Shown here in pieces: positions 36,785-46,710 of a stretch of 64,000 bases of DNA. Under the pieces are notes generated by a model. That model had not been told where the DNA came from and ran no database searches. It was given only the letters and a program-made list of their open reading frames with translations. The position numbers and the translations under genes are program-made. This DNA comes from Occultella glacieicola (GTDB taxonomy: Bacteria > Actinomycetota > Actinomycetes > Actinomycetales > Beutenbergiaceae): the NCBI RefSeq assembly GCF_004353825.1, contig NZ_SMNA01000003.1, positions 1 through 64,000 of the forward strand. Direction: 5' to 3'. Each line of letters starts with the position of its first letter. The stretch's first letter is position 1.

Positions 36785-37488
36785 ATCGCCTCGATCGCCT
36801 GGGCTGCCACCTCGGGGCTGACCACCCGGACCTCGTCCTCGCCGAGCAGCACCGCTCGGGTGGCCACCACCCGGACCAGCACCGGGTCGTGGGTGGCCAT
36901 GACCACGCCACCGCCACTCTTGCGCTCGGCGGCGAGCCGCTCCGCCAGCCGGTCCCGCATCCCGGAGTCCAGCCGCTGCTCGGGTTCGTCCAGGACCATC
37001 AGCCGCCGCGGCCGCACGAACGCCGAGGCGAGCAGCAGCCGGCGCCGCTGGCCCGAGGACAGTGCGGTCGGGGCGGCCTGCTGGCGGGCGGTGAGGCCGA
37101 ACTCCTCGATGATCTCGGTGACCAGCTCGGACACGCGTTCCATGCCGTGCCCTCGGGCGGTCAGCAGGAGGTGCTCGCGGACGGTGAGGGCCGGCAGGTA
37201 GGAGTCCTCGTCGAGCACGATCGCGACGTCCGCCCGGAACCGGCGGGCCCGCTCGTCGACGGGCCGCCCGAAAACGTCGATCTGGCCGCCGAGGACGTCG
37301 AGGAGGCCGGCGACGGCGCGCAGGAACGTCGACTTGCCGGTGCCGTTCGCGCCCACCACGGCCAGGCCCTCGCCTGGCTTCATGTTCACCGTGATCGGCG
37401 GGCACACGGCGCTGGCGATGTCCGAGCCGTAGCCGACGCTGACCTTGTCCGCACGGATCATGGGGGCGGTCGTCTGCTTCTTAGCCAC
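36781..37488 (-). CDS. ABC transporter ATP-binding protein
   Basis: GANGTGKST, LSSGQRRR, VLDEP, ATHD. Confidence 0.92.
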   Translation of the reverse strand: MAKKQTTAPMIRADKVSVGYGSDIASAVCPPITVNMKPGEGLAVVGANGTGKSTFLRAVAGLLDVLGGQIDVFGRPVDERARRFRADVAIVLDEDSYLPALTVREHLLLTARGHGMERVSELVTEIIEEFGLTARQQAAPTALSSGQRRRLLLASAFVRPRRLMVLDEPEQRLDSGMRDRLAERLAAERKSGGGVVMATHDPVLVRVVATRAVLLGEDEVRVVSPEVAAQAIEAM

Positions 37489-37533
37489 GTTCGGGAGACT
37501 CCAGGGGTTTCGGGCACTCGGGTGGTCGGGCGG

Positions 37534-39735
37534 TCAGGCGCGATCGAGGAACTCCTCGTGGTCCGGGTCGACCAGCTGGGTGATCGCGACCAGCAGGTCC
37601 GGATGGTGCACCAGGTTCGGATCCTCGGCGATGAGCCTACGCGCGTCCTCGCGGGCCTCGGAGATGACCGCCCTGTCGGTGAGTACCCGGAGCAGCTTGA
37701 GCGAGTTGCCGCGACCGGACTGGGCCGCGCCGAGGACGTCCCCCTCGCGGCGCTGCTCGAGATCCTTCTCGGCGAGCACGAACCCGTCGGTGGTCTCGGT
37801 CAGGATCTTCAGTCGCGCCAGCGCCGGGGTGTCCTCGCCGGCTCCGGTGACCAGCAGACAGGTGCCCGGAGCGCGTCCCCGGCCCACCCGGCCGCGGAGC
37901 TGGTGCAACTGGGACAGGCCGAACCGGTCCGCGTCCATGACCACCATCACGGACGCCTCGGGCACGTCCACCCCGACCTCGATCACGGTGGTGGTGACCA
38001 GCACCGGCGTGCGGCCCGCGGCGAACGCGTCCATGACGGCGTCCTTCTCCTCGCTCGGCAGCCGGCCGTGCATCACGCCGACGGCGATCCCGGCCAGCAC
38101 AGGCTCGGCCTCGAGCAGCTCGGCGACCTCCTCGACCGTGGCCAGCGGCCGCTTGTCGTCCGGCGCGTCGAGCAGGTCGGCGCCGTCGTCCCCTCCGTTC
38201 GTGGTGATCCGGGGCGCCACCACGTAGGCCCGCTCCCCGCGGGCGACGGCCTCGGCGACCAGGTGCCAGGCGCGGGCGATCCACGTGGGCCGGTCCACCG
38301 GCACCAGGTGGGTGGTGATCGGTGACCGCCCGGCCGGCACCTCCCGCAGCGTGGACACCTCCACGTCCCCGAAGAACGTCATGGCCACCGACCGTGGGAT
38401 CGGCGTGGCGGTCATGTACAGCTGGTGCGGCATGGTCCGGCCCTTGGCCCGCAGCGCGTCCCGCTGCTCCACCCCGAACCGGTGCTGCTCGTCGATCACA
38501 GTGAGGGCGAGGTCGGCGAACTGGACCTTCTCGTTCAGCAGGGAGTGCGTGCCGATGACGATCCCGGCCGCCCCGGAGGCCGCGTCCGCGAGCGCCTGCC
38601 GCCGTTGGGACGCGCTCAGCGACCCGGTCAGCAGCGCGATCCGGGTGCCGTCGGTGGCGCCGCCGAGCATGCCGGCCTCCCCGAGCGGGCCGAGCAGGTT
38701 GCGTATCGAGCGGGCGTGCTGCTGGGCGAGGACCTCGGTGGGGGCGAGCAGGGCGGCCTGGCCGCCGGCGTCGATGACCTGCATCATGGCGCGCAGCGCC
38801 ACCACCGTCTTACCCGATCCGACCTCGCCCTGCAGGAGCCGCTGCATCGGGTTCGGCGCCGCGAGGTCCGCGGAGATCTCCGCGCTCACCTCCAGCTGAC
38901 CGGCGGTGAGCGCGAACGGGAGCTGCACGTCCAGCGCGTCCAGCAGGGCGCCGGGGCGCGGCGGTCTCGGCGTCGCCTCATAGGCGGCGATGTCCGCCCG
39001 CCGGCGGGCCAGGGCGGTCTGCAACAGGAACGCCTCGGTGTAGCGGAACCGGTGCTGGGCCCGCCGGTAGTCGGCCTCGGAGTGCGGCCGGTGGATCATC
39101 CGCATCGCCTGGGTCGCGTCCAGCATGCCGCGCCGCTCGACGATCTCGGCCGGCACCGGGTCGCTGACCTCACCGTCGTGCAGCGGGTCCACGACCATCC
39201 GCATGGCCCGGCGGATCAGCAGGGAACTGACCTTCGCCGTGGCCGGGTAGACGGGCACGGGCCGCTCCGCCTCGTGGGCGGCGCGCAGATCGTCGAGCGG
39301 ATCGGCCTCGTCGAACGGCTCGAACTCGGGGTGCTTGAGCTGGATCGTGCCGTTGAAGTTCTCGACCTGCCCGGAGAATATCGCCGAGGTGCCGACCGTC
39401 AGCGCGTGGGCCAGGCCGTGCACGGTGCCCTGGTGGCGGGCGAAGAAGCGCATCGGCAGCCGGGTGCGGCCGTCGCTGACGGTCACGTCCACGAGCGTCA
39501 TCGTCCCGTTCCGGGCGCGGCGTGAGGTGAAGTCCACGACCTCTGCGGCGACCGTGACGTTCTCCCCCACTCGCAGCTCGGACAGTTTCGTGTACTCGCC
39601 GCGCTTGAGGTAGCGCCTCGGGAAGTGGAAGAGGAGGCCGCGCTGGTCGGTGATGCCGAGGGTGAGCAGCGCCTTGGCAGCACCCGGACCGACCAGGCGG
39701 CTGAACTCCTTGGTCGGCGTCGGCTTCTCGGCCAT
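37534..39735 (-). CDS. recG: ATP-dependent DNA helicase RecG
   Basis: RLLQGEVGSGKT, DEQHRFGVEQR, TATPIPR, QLHQLRGRVGRG, DGF.LAE.DL. Confidence 0.97.
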   Translation of the reverse strand: MAEKPTPTKEFSRLVGPGAAKALLTLGITDQRGLLFHFPRRYLKRGEYTKLSELRVGENVTVAAEVVDFTSRRARNGTMTLVDVTVSDGRTRLPMRFFARHQGTVHGLAHALTVGTSAIFSGQVENFNGTIQLKHPEFEPFDEADPLDDLRAAHEAERPVPVYPATAKVSSLLIRRAMRMVVDPLHDGEVSDPVPAEIVERRGMLDATQAMRMIHRPHSEADYRRAQHRFRYTEAFLLQTALARRRADIAAYEATPRPPRPGALLDALDVQLPFALTAGQLEVSAEISADLAAPNPMQRLLQGEVGSGKTVVALRAMMQVIDAGGQAALLAPTEVLAQQHARSIRNLLGPLGEAGMLGGATDGTRIALLTGSLSASQRRQALADAASGAAGIVIGTHSLLNEKVQFADLALTVIDEQHRFGVEQRDALRAKGRTMPHQLYMTATPIPRSVAMTFFGDVEVSTLREVPAGRSPITTHLVPVDRPTWIARAWHLVAEAVARGERAYVVAPRITTNGGDDGADLLDAPDDKRPLATVEEVAELLEAEPVLAGIAVGVMHGRLPSEEKDAVMDAFAAGRTPVLVTTTVIEVGVDVPEASVMVVMDADRFGLSQLHQLRGRVGRGRAPGTCLLVTGAGEDTPALARLKILTETTDGFVLAEKDLEQRREGDVLGAAQSGRGNSLKLLRVLTDRAVISEAREDARRLIAEDPNLVHHPDLLVAITQLVDPDHEEFLDRA

Positions 39736-40311
39736 CTACATCCCTCCGCCGCGATGGTATCGGGACCGGCCGACAGCGCCGCGACGGCGCACCCCAGGCC
39801 CACCCTCCTCCTCGCTCGCCCCAGGACCGCGACACCGTAACGGTGCGACAACGACGCGCCCGACACGTCGCGATCACACCACAAGGGACCCGAACGGGCG
39901 GGCACCGGCCGAGGATGAAGCGGGGTGTGGCGCTGCGAGCGCGCACCACACCCCCCTATCGGGCCGAACGCACCCAGCGCCCACAACGGGTCTGATCGTG
40001 CACAGCACGCCAGAGACACTCGCTGACCCGCACCAACGCGCTGACACCACATCCATGACGCACACCCACACAGGGCCCCACGCACACCGACCGGGCCGGA
40101 ACCCGGCCCCGCCTCGAGGTGAGAGGATGTGGCCAAGCCCACGCACCGCCGTCGGGCCCCAGGGTTTGGGCCACGGGCCCGGCGTGGAGTACTCTGGACC
40201 GGTTGCCCAACCATGGGCACGGTCCGGCGGGCGGTTTGCGCCACGGCCGACCCCCACGAACTGCGCCGCTCCACCCTGTGGCGAGCACCCGAACCTAAGA
40301 GGAGACACACC

Positions 40312-40503
40312 GTGGCTGCTACGTGTGACGTCTGCGCCAAGGCCCCCAGCTTCGGCCACAGCATCTCGCACTCCCACCGACGCACCAAGCGTCGCTGGAA
40401 CCCGAACATCCAGAAGGTCCGCACCGTCGTGAACGGCACGCCCAAGCGCGTGAACGTGTGCACCTCCTGCCTCAAGGCGGGCAAGGTCGTCCGCGCCAGC
40501 TGA
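40312..40503 (+). CDS. rpmB: 50S ribosomal protein L28 (Zn-binding form)
   Basis: [40 protein letters not shown]. Confidence 0.97.
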   Translation: MAATCDVCAKAPSFGHSISHSHRRTKRRWNPNIQKVRTVVNGTPKRVNVCTSCLKAGKVVRAS

Positions 40504-40516
40504 GGCCGACAGACTC

Positions 40517-40551
40517 CGAGAGCCGTCCACCGTCGAGGTGGGCGGCTCTCG
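40517..40551 (+). terminator. Hairpin downstream of rpmB
   Basis: CGAGAGCCGTCCACC / GGTGGGCGGCTCTCG. Confidence 0.7.
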
Positions 40552-40586
40552 TGCGTTCGGGACCGGGCCCGACGGCGGAACGTGGG

Positions 40587-41531
40587 TCAGTCCGTCAGGG
40601 TGCGGAAGCCGTCGCGCCAGCTCGGGTGGTCCGGCACCCAGCCGAGTTCGGTGCGGGCCAGGGTGTTGTCCGCACCGCGGGTCGACGTCATCATGTTCAG
40701 CCCGTGCCGGCCGAGGATCGGCCGGGCCAGCCAGGCGGGGACCCGACGCGGCGGGCGCACCCCGAGGAGCCGGTGCAGGTAGGGCAGCCAGACGGCGACC
40801 GGCGCCGGGTCGGAGTCGGTGACGTGGTAGATCCCCGGTCGGCCCCGACCGACCGCGAGCGCGGTCGCCCGCGCGGCATCGGCGATGTGCACGAACGACC
40901 AGACCCCGCCTCCCCCGCCGACCACCGGCAGCTTGCGCGCCCTGATCATCGCGAGCAGGTCGCCGTCGCGGGCGAGGCCGGTGCCGGGCCCGTAGAACAT
41001 GCCGTAGCGCAGCACCAGAGCGTCGATGTCCCGCGCGCCGGTCACGGCGGCCTCGGTGTGCTTGATGGCGGCCAGGGTCCGGTGGGACTCCGGCGCGGGA
41101 TCGGCGTCCAGGGGCGCGGACTCGTCGTGCACCGGCGCCCCGGTGCGTGCCTGCGGCCAGCCGGTGTAGCTGGCCGCGATGAACCGCTTCGCGCCTGCCT
41201 CCCGGGCCGCTTCGAGCAGGTTGTCGGTGCCCGCGAGCCTGAGGTCGTTCGTGGCGGCGAAGTCCTCGTCGAAACGCCTGAGGTCGCCGCTGCTGCCGGC
41301 CAGGCCGCTCATCTGGTGGATGACCACGTCCGGCTCCGCCGCCCCGACCACGGCCAGCACCTCGGCGCGGTCCAGCCCGTCCATCGTCACCGGTTCGGCG
41401 CCCCGGGCACGCAGGGTGTCGTCGTGGGCGTGGCCCCGGCTGGTACCGATCACCGTGTGCCCGTCCGCGACCAGCATCGGCACCAGGGGCCGACCGATCG
41501 CACCGGTCGCACCGGCCAGGAAGATCCTCAT
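40587..41531 (-). CDS. NAD-dependent epimerase/dehydratase family protein
   Basis: FLAGATGAIG, PDVVIHQ, LRYGMFYGPG, SFVHIADAA. Confidence 0.9.
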   Translation of the reverse strand: MRIFLAGATGAIGRPLVPMLVADGHTVIGTSRGHAHDDTLRARGAEPVTMDGLDRAEVLAVVGAAEPDVVIHQMSGLAGSSGDLRRFDEDFAATNDLRLAGTDNLLEAAREAGAKRFIAASYTGWPQARTGAPVHDESAPLDADPAPESHRTLAAIKHTEAAVTGARDIDALVLRYGMFYGPGTGLARDGDLLAMIRARKLPVVGGGGGVWSFVHIADAARATALAVGRGRPGIYHVTDSDPAPVAVWLPYLHRLLGVRPPRRVPAWLARPILGRHGLNMMTSTRGADNTLARTELGWVPDHPSWRDGFRTLTD

Positions 41532-41563
41532 GGTTGCGCTCCTCATCGCTCGTTCACCCCTCT

Positions 41564-41590
41564 GACGAGACAGCCGATCCGGTTGTGACA
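41564..41590 (-). promoter_or_regulatory. ECF41 (SigJ-type) promoter
   Basis: TGTCACA-N16-CGTC on minus strand upstream of the epimerase gene. Confidence 0.75.
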
Positions 41591-41675
41591 GGCCCGTGAC
41601 AGGTTCCGGCCGTCGGCCTGTCGCCGAGGCGTGCGCCGACGGGGCTCGGACGCTTCCGCGGAAGCGCCGCCGAGA

Positions 41676-42188
41676 TCAACCGCCGGAGCCGAGGGTGTCG
41701 AGGTAGCGGCGCAGCAGGTCGACGAGCGTGGCCCGCTCCGCCTCCTCGAACCCGGCGAGGGTCGCCTCCTCGTCGGCGAACAGTGCGGCGACGGTGGCGT
41801 CGAGGAGTTCCCAGCCGGCCGGGGTGAGGGTGACCAGCACCGAGCGGGTGTCCCGGTCGGACCTCCGGCGGGCGACCAGACCGGCGGCCTCGGCGCGAGC
41901 CAGGCGCTGGGACACGGCTCCGGTGGTCACCAGGGTGCGCTCGCCGAGCTGCCCCGGGGTGAGCTCGTACGGCGGCCCGGACCGGCGGATGGTGCTCAAC
42001 AGGTCCAGGGTGGCGTCGTCGGTGCCGAGGCTGCTCAGGAGCCGGGACCGGCGGGCCCGCAGCAGCTTCGCGGCCCGCCGGATCCTGGTGATGACGGCGA
42101 CCGAGGAGACGTCCAGGTCCGGCCGTTCGGACCGCCACTCCCGTTCGATCGCGTCCACCGCGTCGACGGGCCTCCCGCCCGCGCTCAT
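41676..42188 (-). CDS. MarR-family regulator
   Basis: W..ERPDLD, RRSGPPYELTPGQL, TGAVSQRL, DRDTRSVLVTLT. Confidence 0.9.
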   Translation of the reverse strand: MSAGGRPVDAVDAIEREWRSERPDLDVSSVAVITRIRRAAKLLRARRSRLLSSLGTDDATLDLLSTIRRSGPPYELTPGQLGERTLVTTGAVSQRLARAEAAGLVARRRSDRDTRSVLVTLTPAGWELLDATVAALFADEEATLAGFEEAERATLVDLLRRYLDTLGSGG

Positions 42189-42928
42189 CCCGGTAGCGCC
42201 CCGCCGTTGACGCCGATCACCTGGGCGGTCAGATGCCCGGCCTCTGCGGAGGCGAGGAACTCGATCGTGGCGGCGACGTCGCCCGGCCGGCCGGCCCGCT
42301 TCGTCAGGGTCTCGGCGACGAGTCGCTCGTGCCGAGCCGGTGTCATCGCGTCGCCGAAGAACTCCGTGCCGGCCGTGTAGCCGGGCGCGACCACGTTGAC
42401 CGTGATGCCCCGCGGGCCGACGGCGCGTGCGCGGTCGTAGGCCCACCCGTGCACCGCGGCCTTGGCGCTCGCGTAGCCGAGGCCGCCACCTCGCTGCCCG
42501 GCGATCGAGGAGACCGCGATCACCCGGCCACGCCCGTCCCGCAGGGACGGGCCCAACGCGTGGGTGAGCAACGCCGTCGAGAGCACGTTCGCGGCGAACG
42601 AGGCACCCAGGTCCGCGGCCACCGCGGACAGCCCGTCGCCGTCGTCGTCGACCGACTCGACGTGCGCGAGACCACCGGCGGCATGCACGAGGACGTCGAC
42701 GCCGTCGTGCGTGCCGGTGATCTGCGCGGCCACCCGCCGCACCGCGGTGACGTCGGTCAGGTCACCCGGATGGACCGAGTGCGCCGTGCCCGGCAGCCCC
42801 TGGCGGGTGCGCTCGAGCCGATCGGCCCGGCGCCCGCACAGGGCCACCGTGTAGCCCGCGCCGGCCAGCCGTGCGGCCGTCTCGGCGCCGATCCCGCTGC
42901 CCGCTCCCGTGATCACTGCGATCGTCAT
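42185..42928 (-). CDS. SDR-family oxidoreductase
   Basis: TGAGSGIG, YASAK, ITVNVVAPG. Confidence 0.92.
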   Translation of the reverse strand: MTIAVITGAGSGIGAETAARLAGAGYTVALCGRRADRLERTRQGLPGTAHSVHPGDLTDVTAVRRVAAQITGTHDGVDVLVHAAGGLAHVESVDDDGDGLSAVAADLGASFAANVLSTALLTHALGPSLRDGRGRVIAVSSIAGQRGGGLGYASAKAAVHGWAYDRARAVGPRGITVNVVAPGYTAGTEFFGDAMTPARHERLVAETLTKRAGRPGDVAATIEFLASAEAGHLTAQVIGVNGGALPG

Positions 42929-42935
42929 GCAGATA

Positions 42936-42949
42936 TCTTAGCGCTAAGA
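42936..42949. promoter_or_regulatory. Perfect palindrome, probable MarR operator
   Basis: TCTTAGCGCTAAGA, 7 nt upstream of SDR start. Confidence 0.7.
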
Positions 42950-42975
42950 GATCGGGCCTTGTCTAGCATGGCCGG

Positions 42976-43518
42976 GTGCCGACCACACCGCCGTCCGTCC
43001 GTCCCGCCACCGCCGCCGACGTGCCGGGCATCGCCGAGGTGCACGTGCGGGCGTGGCAGCGCGCCTACGCCGGGATCGTCCCGGCCGCCTACCTGGACTC
43101 CCTGGACCCGGGCGTGCGGGCCGAGCAGCTCGCTCGCCGGTTCGGACCGGACGCGGTGGCGGGGACCGTGCCGACGCTGGTGGCGACCGGCGCCGAGGGC
43201 ACCGTGCTGGGCTTCGTGAACGCCGGGCCCTACCGGGACGACGACGTGCCGGCGGACGGCCCCGGCTGGGGCGAGATCTACGCGATCTACGTGCACCCCG
43301 GCCACTGGACCCGCGGGGCCGGCCGAGCCTTGTTCGACGCCGCGCTCGGGACCCTCGACGCCGACCGGACGGTCGCACTCTGGGTCCTCGAGGCGAACTC
43401 GAACGCGCGCAGGTTCTACGAGCGGATGGGATTGCGCCCCGACGGCGCAACGAACGTGTTCGAGATCGCCGGGGCCGCGATCCCCGAGATCCGCTACCGG
43501 CGCGACCCGGTCACCTGA
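42976..43518 (+). CDS. GNAT N-acetyltransferase
   Basis: EIYAIYVHP.HWTRGAG, LWVLEAN..ARRFYE. Confidence 0.9.
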   Translation: MPTTPPSVRPATAADVPGIAEVHVRAWQRAYAGIVPAAYLDSLDPGVRAEQLARRFGPDAVAGTVPTLVATGAEGTVLGFVNAGPYRDDDVPADGPGWGEIYAIYVHPGHWTRGAGRALFDAALGTLDADRTVALWVLEANSNARRFYERMGLRPDGATNVFEIAGAAIPEIRYRRDPVT

Positions 43519-44476
43519 CCGGCGCCCGCGGCCCGGACGGCACGGTCGGCACAGGCGGCCGCGGTACCCACACGGGCACCGACGCCCGATACCGCTCGTA
43601 CGGGTCACCGAAACGGGCCGCCAGGTCCGCTTCTTCCGCGCCTCGGATGCCGAAGTGCCACGCCAGCGCACCGAGCATGGCCGCGACCATCATCGTCCAG
43701 GAGCCGAACCAGAGTCCGGCTCCGATGCTCTGGAGCACGCCGGCGGTGGCCATCGGGTTGCGGAGCCATCGGTAGGGCCCGGCCACGACCAACTGCCGGG
43801 CGGTCTGCGCCGGCAGGGGTGTCCCTTCGCCGGCGATCGCCATCGTGAGGCACGAGGCGAAGCCGAGGGGGCTGGCCGCCAGGAACAGCACCGCGCCCAC
43901 CGTGGGCCACGGTTGCGCGGCCAGTGCGGACCAGTCCACCCGAAGTCGGCGCTCGAACGCGACGAGCAGCAGTGGGACGACCACGAAGAAGCCGACCCAG
44001 AACACGACCAGTTGGGTCAAACTCGCGGCCACGTGACGCCACCGGGATCGCGCCCGGGCCTCCCGGAACCGGAACGGCCCGACGAAGTACCAGCTCGTCG
44101 GGATCCGGCCGAACCGCAGTGCCCCGGCAGCGGTCACGGACCCGCTCGTCGCGGCCAGCATGAGCAGCACGCCCCACCCGGCGGCACCCTCGAGCAGGCC
44201 TTGGCCGAGCAGTGCGATGGTGAGCAGCGCGGACCAGGCCGCGGTGACGGCCGCCACCCGCCAACTGCCGCGGGCCGCCCCGAGCGCGGAGCCGCCGACG
44301 AACAGGAGCAGGTCCGGTCCGACGAGCAGCCACGGATCCCAGCTGCCGAGCGTCCACACCCGCACCGTGTCGGAGCCCAACACCGCGACCCACCACAGCA
44401 CACCAGCGACCGCCTGAGCCGCGAGGTAACTCCGGGCCACGGTCGCGGGGCGGATCGCAACGTCATCCGCTCGCAC
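43511..44476 (-). CDS. Isoprenylcysteine carboxyl methyltransferase / PEMT-family membrane protein
   Basis: GEGTP.P, LVVAGPYRWLRNPM, EEADL..RFG..Y..Y..SVP.WVP. Confidence 0.85.
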   Translation of the reverse strand: MRADDVAIRPATVARSYLAAQAVAGVLWWVAVLGSDTVRVWTLGSWDPWLLVGPDLLLFVGGSALGAARGSWRVAAVTAAWSALLTIALLGQGLLEGAAGWGVLLMLAATSGSVTAAGALRFGRIPTSWYFVGPFRFREARARSRWRHVAASLTQLVVFWVGFFVVVPLLLVAFERRLRVDWSALAAQPWPTVGAVLFLAASPLGFASCLTMAIAGEGTPLPAQTARQLVVAGPYRWLRNPMATAGVLQSIGAGLWFGSWTMMVAAMLGALAWHFGIRGAEEADLAARFGDPYERYRASVPVWVPRPPVPTVPSGPRAPVR

Positions 44477-44499
44477 GCGGATCAGGCTATCGGGCGACG

Positions 44500-44931
44500 T
44501 CAGCGGCGCACGTAGTCGACCAGGTGGTCCCGTTCGGCCTGGAGCTCGTCGATGCGGTTCTTCACGATGTCGCCGATGGAGACGATCGCCTTGAGCTCGC
44601 CCTCGACCACGACGGGCAGGTGCCGGATCCGCAGGTCGGTCATCCGGCGGGCCAGGTCCTCCAGGTGATCCTCGGGCAGACAGGTCTGCACCTCGACGGT
44701 CATCACCTCGGCGACCCGGACCGTCAGCACCGCGGGCCCGCGGTGGTGGAGCTCGCGGACCACGTCGCGCTCGGTGACGATGCCCGCCACCGTCCGCCCG
44801 CCGTCCTCGGAGACCACCAGGGCACCGATGTGGTGCTCGTCGAGCTGCGCCAGCAGCTCCGCCACGGTGGCATCCGGCTCGATCGTGACCACGGCCGCGC
44901 CCTTGCGTCGAATCACCTCTGAGATACGCAT
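44500..44931 (-). CDS. CBS-domain protein
   Basis: IGALVV, GIVTERDV, IRHLPV, IVSIGDIVK. Confidence 0.92.
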   Translation of the reverse strand: MRISEVIRRKGAAVVTIEPDATVAELLAQLDEHHIGALVVSEDGGRTVAGIVTERDVVRELHHRGPAVLTVRVAEVMTVEVQTCLPEDHLEDLARRMTDLRIRHLPVVVEGELKAIVSIGDIVKNRIDELQAERDHLVDYVRR

Positions 44932-44996
44932 ACTCCACGATAGCCCGTTGTGACCCCGCTCACACCAGGCAGGGCCACGCCGGCCCCGAACGGGCG

Positions 44997-46016
44997 TCAG
45001 GAGGACCCGAAGTGGTCCCACCCGGAGCCGCCCACGGCCGGCGGTTCACCGTCGAGCGTGACCCGGGTGCCGCCGTCGGGCACCGTGCCCTCTGCCTGCT
45101 CGCCGGAGCGGTCCGGGGCCGGCCCGATCACTCCGATACGGCGGAATCCCGCCGGATACGCCGCACCGGGCGGGAACGTCGCGACCAGGCCGTGATCCTC
45201 TCCCCCGGTGAGCACCCAGCCGAGCGCGCTTGCCTCGCACGCCTGCGCCACCACGTCGAGCTCGTCGACGGCGGGGCCGAGGTCGCGCGAACTCAGGTCG
45301 ACCGACACGCCCGAGGCGCGGGCGATCCGGCCGAGGTCCTTCAGGAGCCCGTCGCTGACGTCCATCATCGCGGTGGCCCCGGCGTCGGCCGCGGCGGGAC
45401 CGTCGGTGAGCGGCGGGTCGGGGCGTCGGAACGCCCGCACGAAGTCCGCGTCCGGGACCGGCGGGCCGGCCGCCGTCGGACCGTGCGCCCGCAGCAGTGC
45501 GAGGCCGGCGGCCGAGTGCCCCAGCAGCCCGGAGTGCACGACGACGTCCCCAGGCCGTGCGCCCGAGCGCCGCACCGGCGCCCGGCCGGCCAGGTCGCCG
45601 TGCACGGTCACCGCCGCCACGATCGCCGGCCCGCCGGAGAGGTCGCCGCCGACGACCCCGACGCCATGCGGACCGCACGCCTGCGCCAGACCGTCCGCGA
45701 CGCCGAGCACCCAGTCCACCTCGACGTCGTCGGGCAGTACGAGCGAGACCGTCAGGGACGTCGGCCGCGCGCCCATCGCGGCCACATCGGCGAGGTTCTG
45801 CATCGCGGCCCGCCAGCCGACGTCCGCTCCGGAACTCCAGGCGCGGACGAAGTGGCGGCCCTCGACGAGCACGTCGGTGCTGACCACGAACCGGCCGTCG
45901 GGCGCGCGGACGACGGCCGCGTCGTCGCCGGGGCCCAGCAGCGTGTCGGTCCCGGCGGGGAGCCGCGGGAGGATCCGGGCGAGCAGCTGCTCCTCGGACA
46001 ACCCACCCACGCGCAT
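44997..46016 (-). CDS. thiL: Thiamine-monophosphate kinase
   Basis: GPGDDAA, NLADVAAMGA, GGDL, DVSDGL, GGEDH. Confidence 0.96.
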   Translation of the reverse strand: MRVGGLSEEQLLARILPRLPAGTDTLLGPGDDAAVVRAPDGRFVVSTDVLVEGRHFVRAWSSGADVGWRAAMQNLADVAAMGARPTSLTVSLVLPDDVEVDWVLGVADGLAQACGPHGVGVVGGDLSGGPAIVAAVTVHGDLAGRAPVRRSGARPGDVVVHSGLLGHSAAGLALLRAHGPTAAGPPVPDADFVRAFRRPDPPLTDGPAAADAGATAMMDVSDGLLKDLGRIARASGVSVDLSSRDLGPAVDELDVVAQACEASALGWVLTGGEDHGLVATFPPGAAYPAGFRRIGVIGPAPDRSGEQAEGTVPDGGTRVTLDGEPPAVGGSGWDHFGSS

Positions 46017-46071
46017 GGGCACGAGGCTAGCCGGTGCGGGCGGCCGTCCGGAACGCGGCTACCGTGAGGGG

Positions 46072-46602
46072 GTGAGTTCGCTTCGCCCTCGCCCCGGCAC
46101 CCGTCCGACCGGCCGACGCGGCGTGCGTGCGGCCGCGACGACGGCGGCCGTCGCCCTGGTCTGGTCCGTCGCCGGCTGCGCCACCCCGGTGACCCTCGAG
46201 CCGGCCCCGACCGCGAGCGAGCCGGTCTGCGCCGATGTGCTGATCGCGCTCCCGGACACCCTCGCCGGGGCGGACCGCCGCTCCACCACCTCGCAGGCCT
46301 CCCGCGCCTGGGGCGACCCGCCGATCACGCTCCGCTGCGGTGTCACACCCCCGGGGCCCACCACCGACCGGTGCATCACGGCCGAGGCCGACGACGGGTC
46401 GACCGTGGACTGGGTGGTCGCCGACCTCGCCGACGACGACACCGGTTCGGAGTCGGGATCCTGGACGTTCACCACCTACGGGCGCACCCCGGCGATCGAG
46501 GTCGTGGTGCCCGTCGAGTACGCCGGCGAGGACGCCACGTCCGTGCTCATCTCGCTGAACGGCGCGGTCTCGGTGATCCCACAGGAGCGCGCCTGCCTCT
46601 GA
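46072..46602 (+). CDS. DUF3515-family lipoprotein
   Basis: Lipobox VAGC, AWGDP..LRCGV, TYGRTPA; canonical position between thiL and ddl. Confidence 0.85.
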   Translation: MSSLRPRPGTRPTGRRGVRAAATTAAVALVWSVAGCATPVTLEPAPTASEPVCADVLIALPDTLAGADRRSTTSQASRAWGDPPITLRCGVTPPGPTTDRCITAEADDGSTVDWVVADLADDDTGSESGSWTFTTYGRTPAIEVVVPVEYAGEDATSVLISLNGAVSVIPQERACL

Positions 46603-46630
46603 GGGCGCCGCGTCTGCCCGCCGGACCCTG

Positions 46631-46691
46631 GTGAAGCACGCTTGACATTGCTCTCGCACGTGAAGTTAACTTGACGTCAAGCTTCCTTAAC
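46631..46691. promoter_or_regulatory. Three copies of operator GTNAAG-N4-CTTNAC overlapping TTGACA
   Basis: 46631-46646, 46660-46675, 46676-46691; upstream of membrane protein + XRE pair. Confidence 0.7.
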
Positions 46692-46710
46692 ATCAATCCC
46701 GGGAGACATC

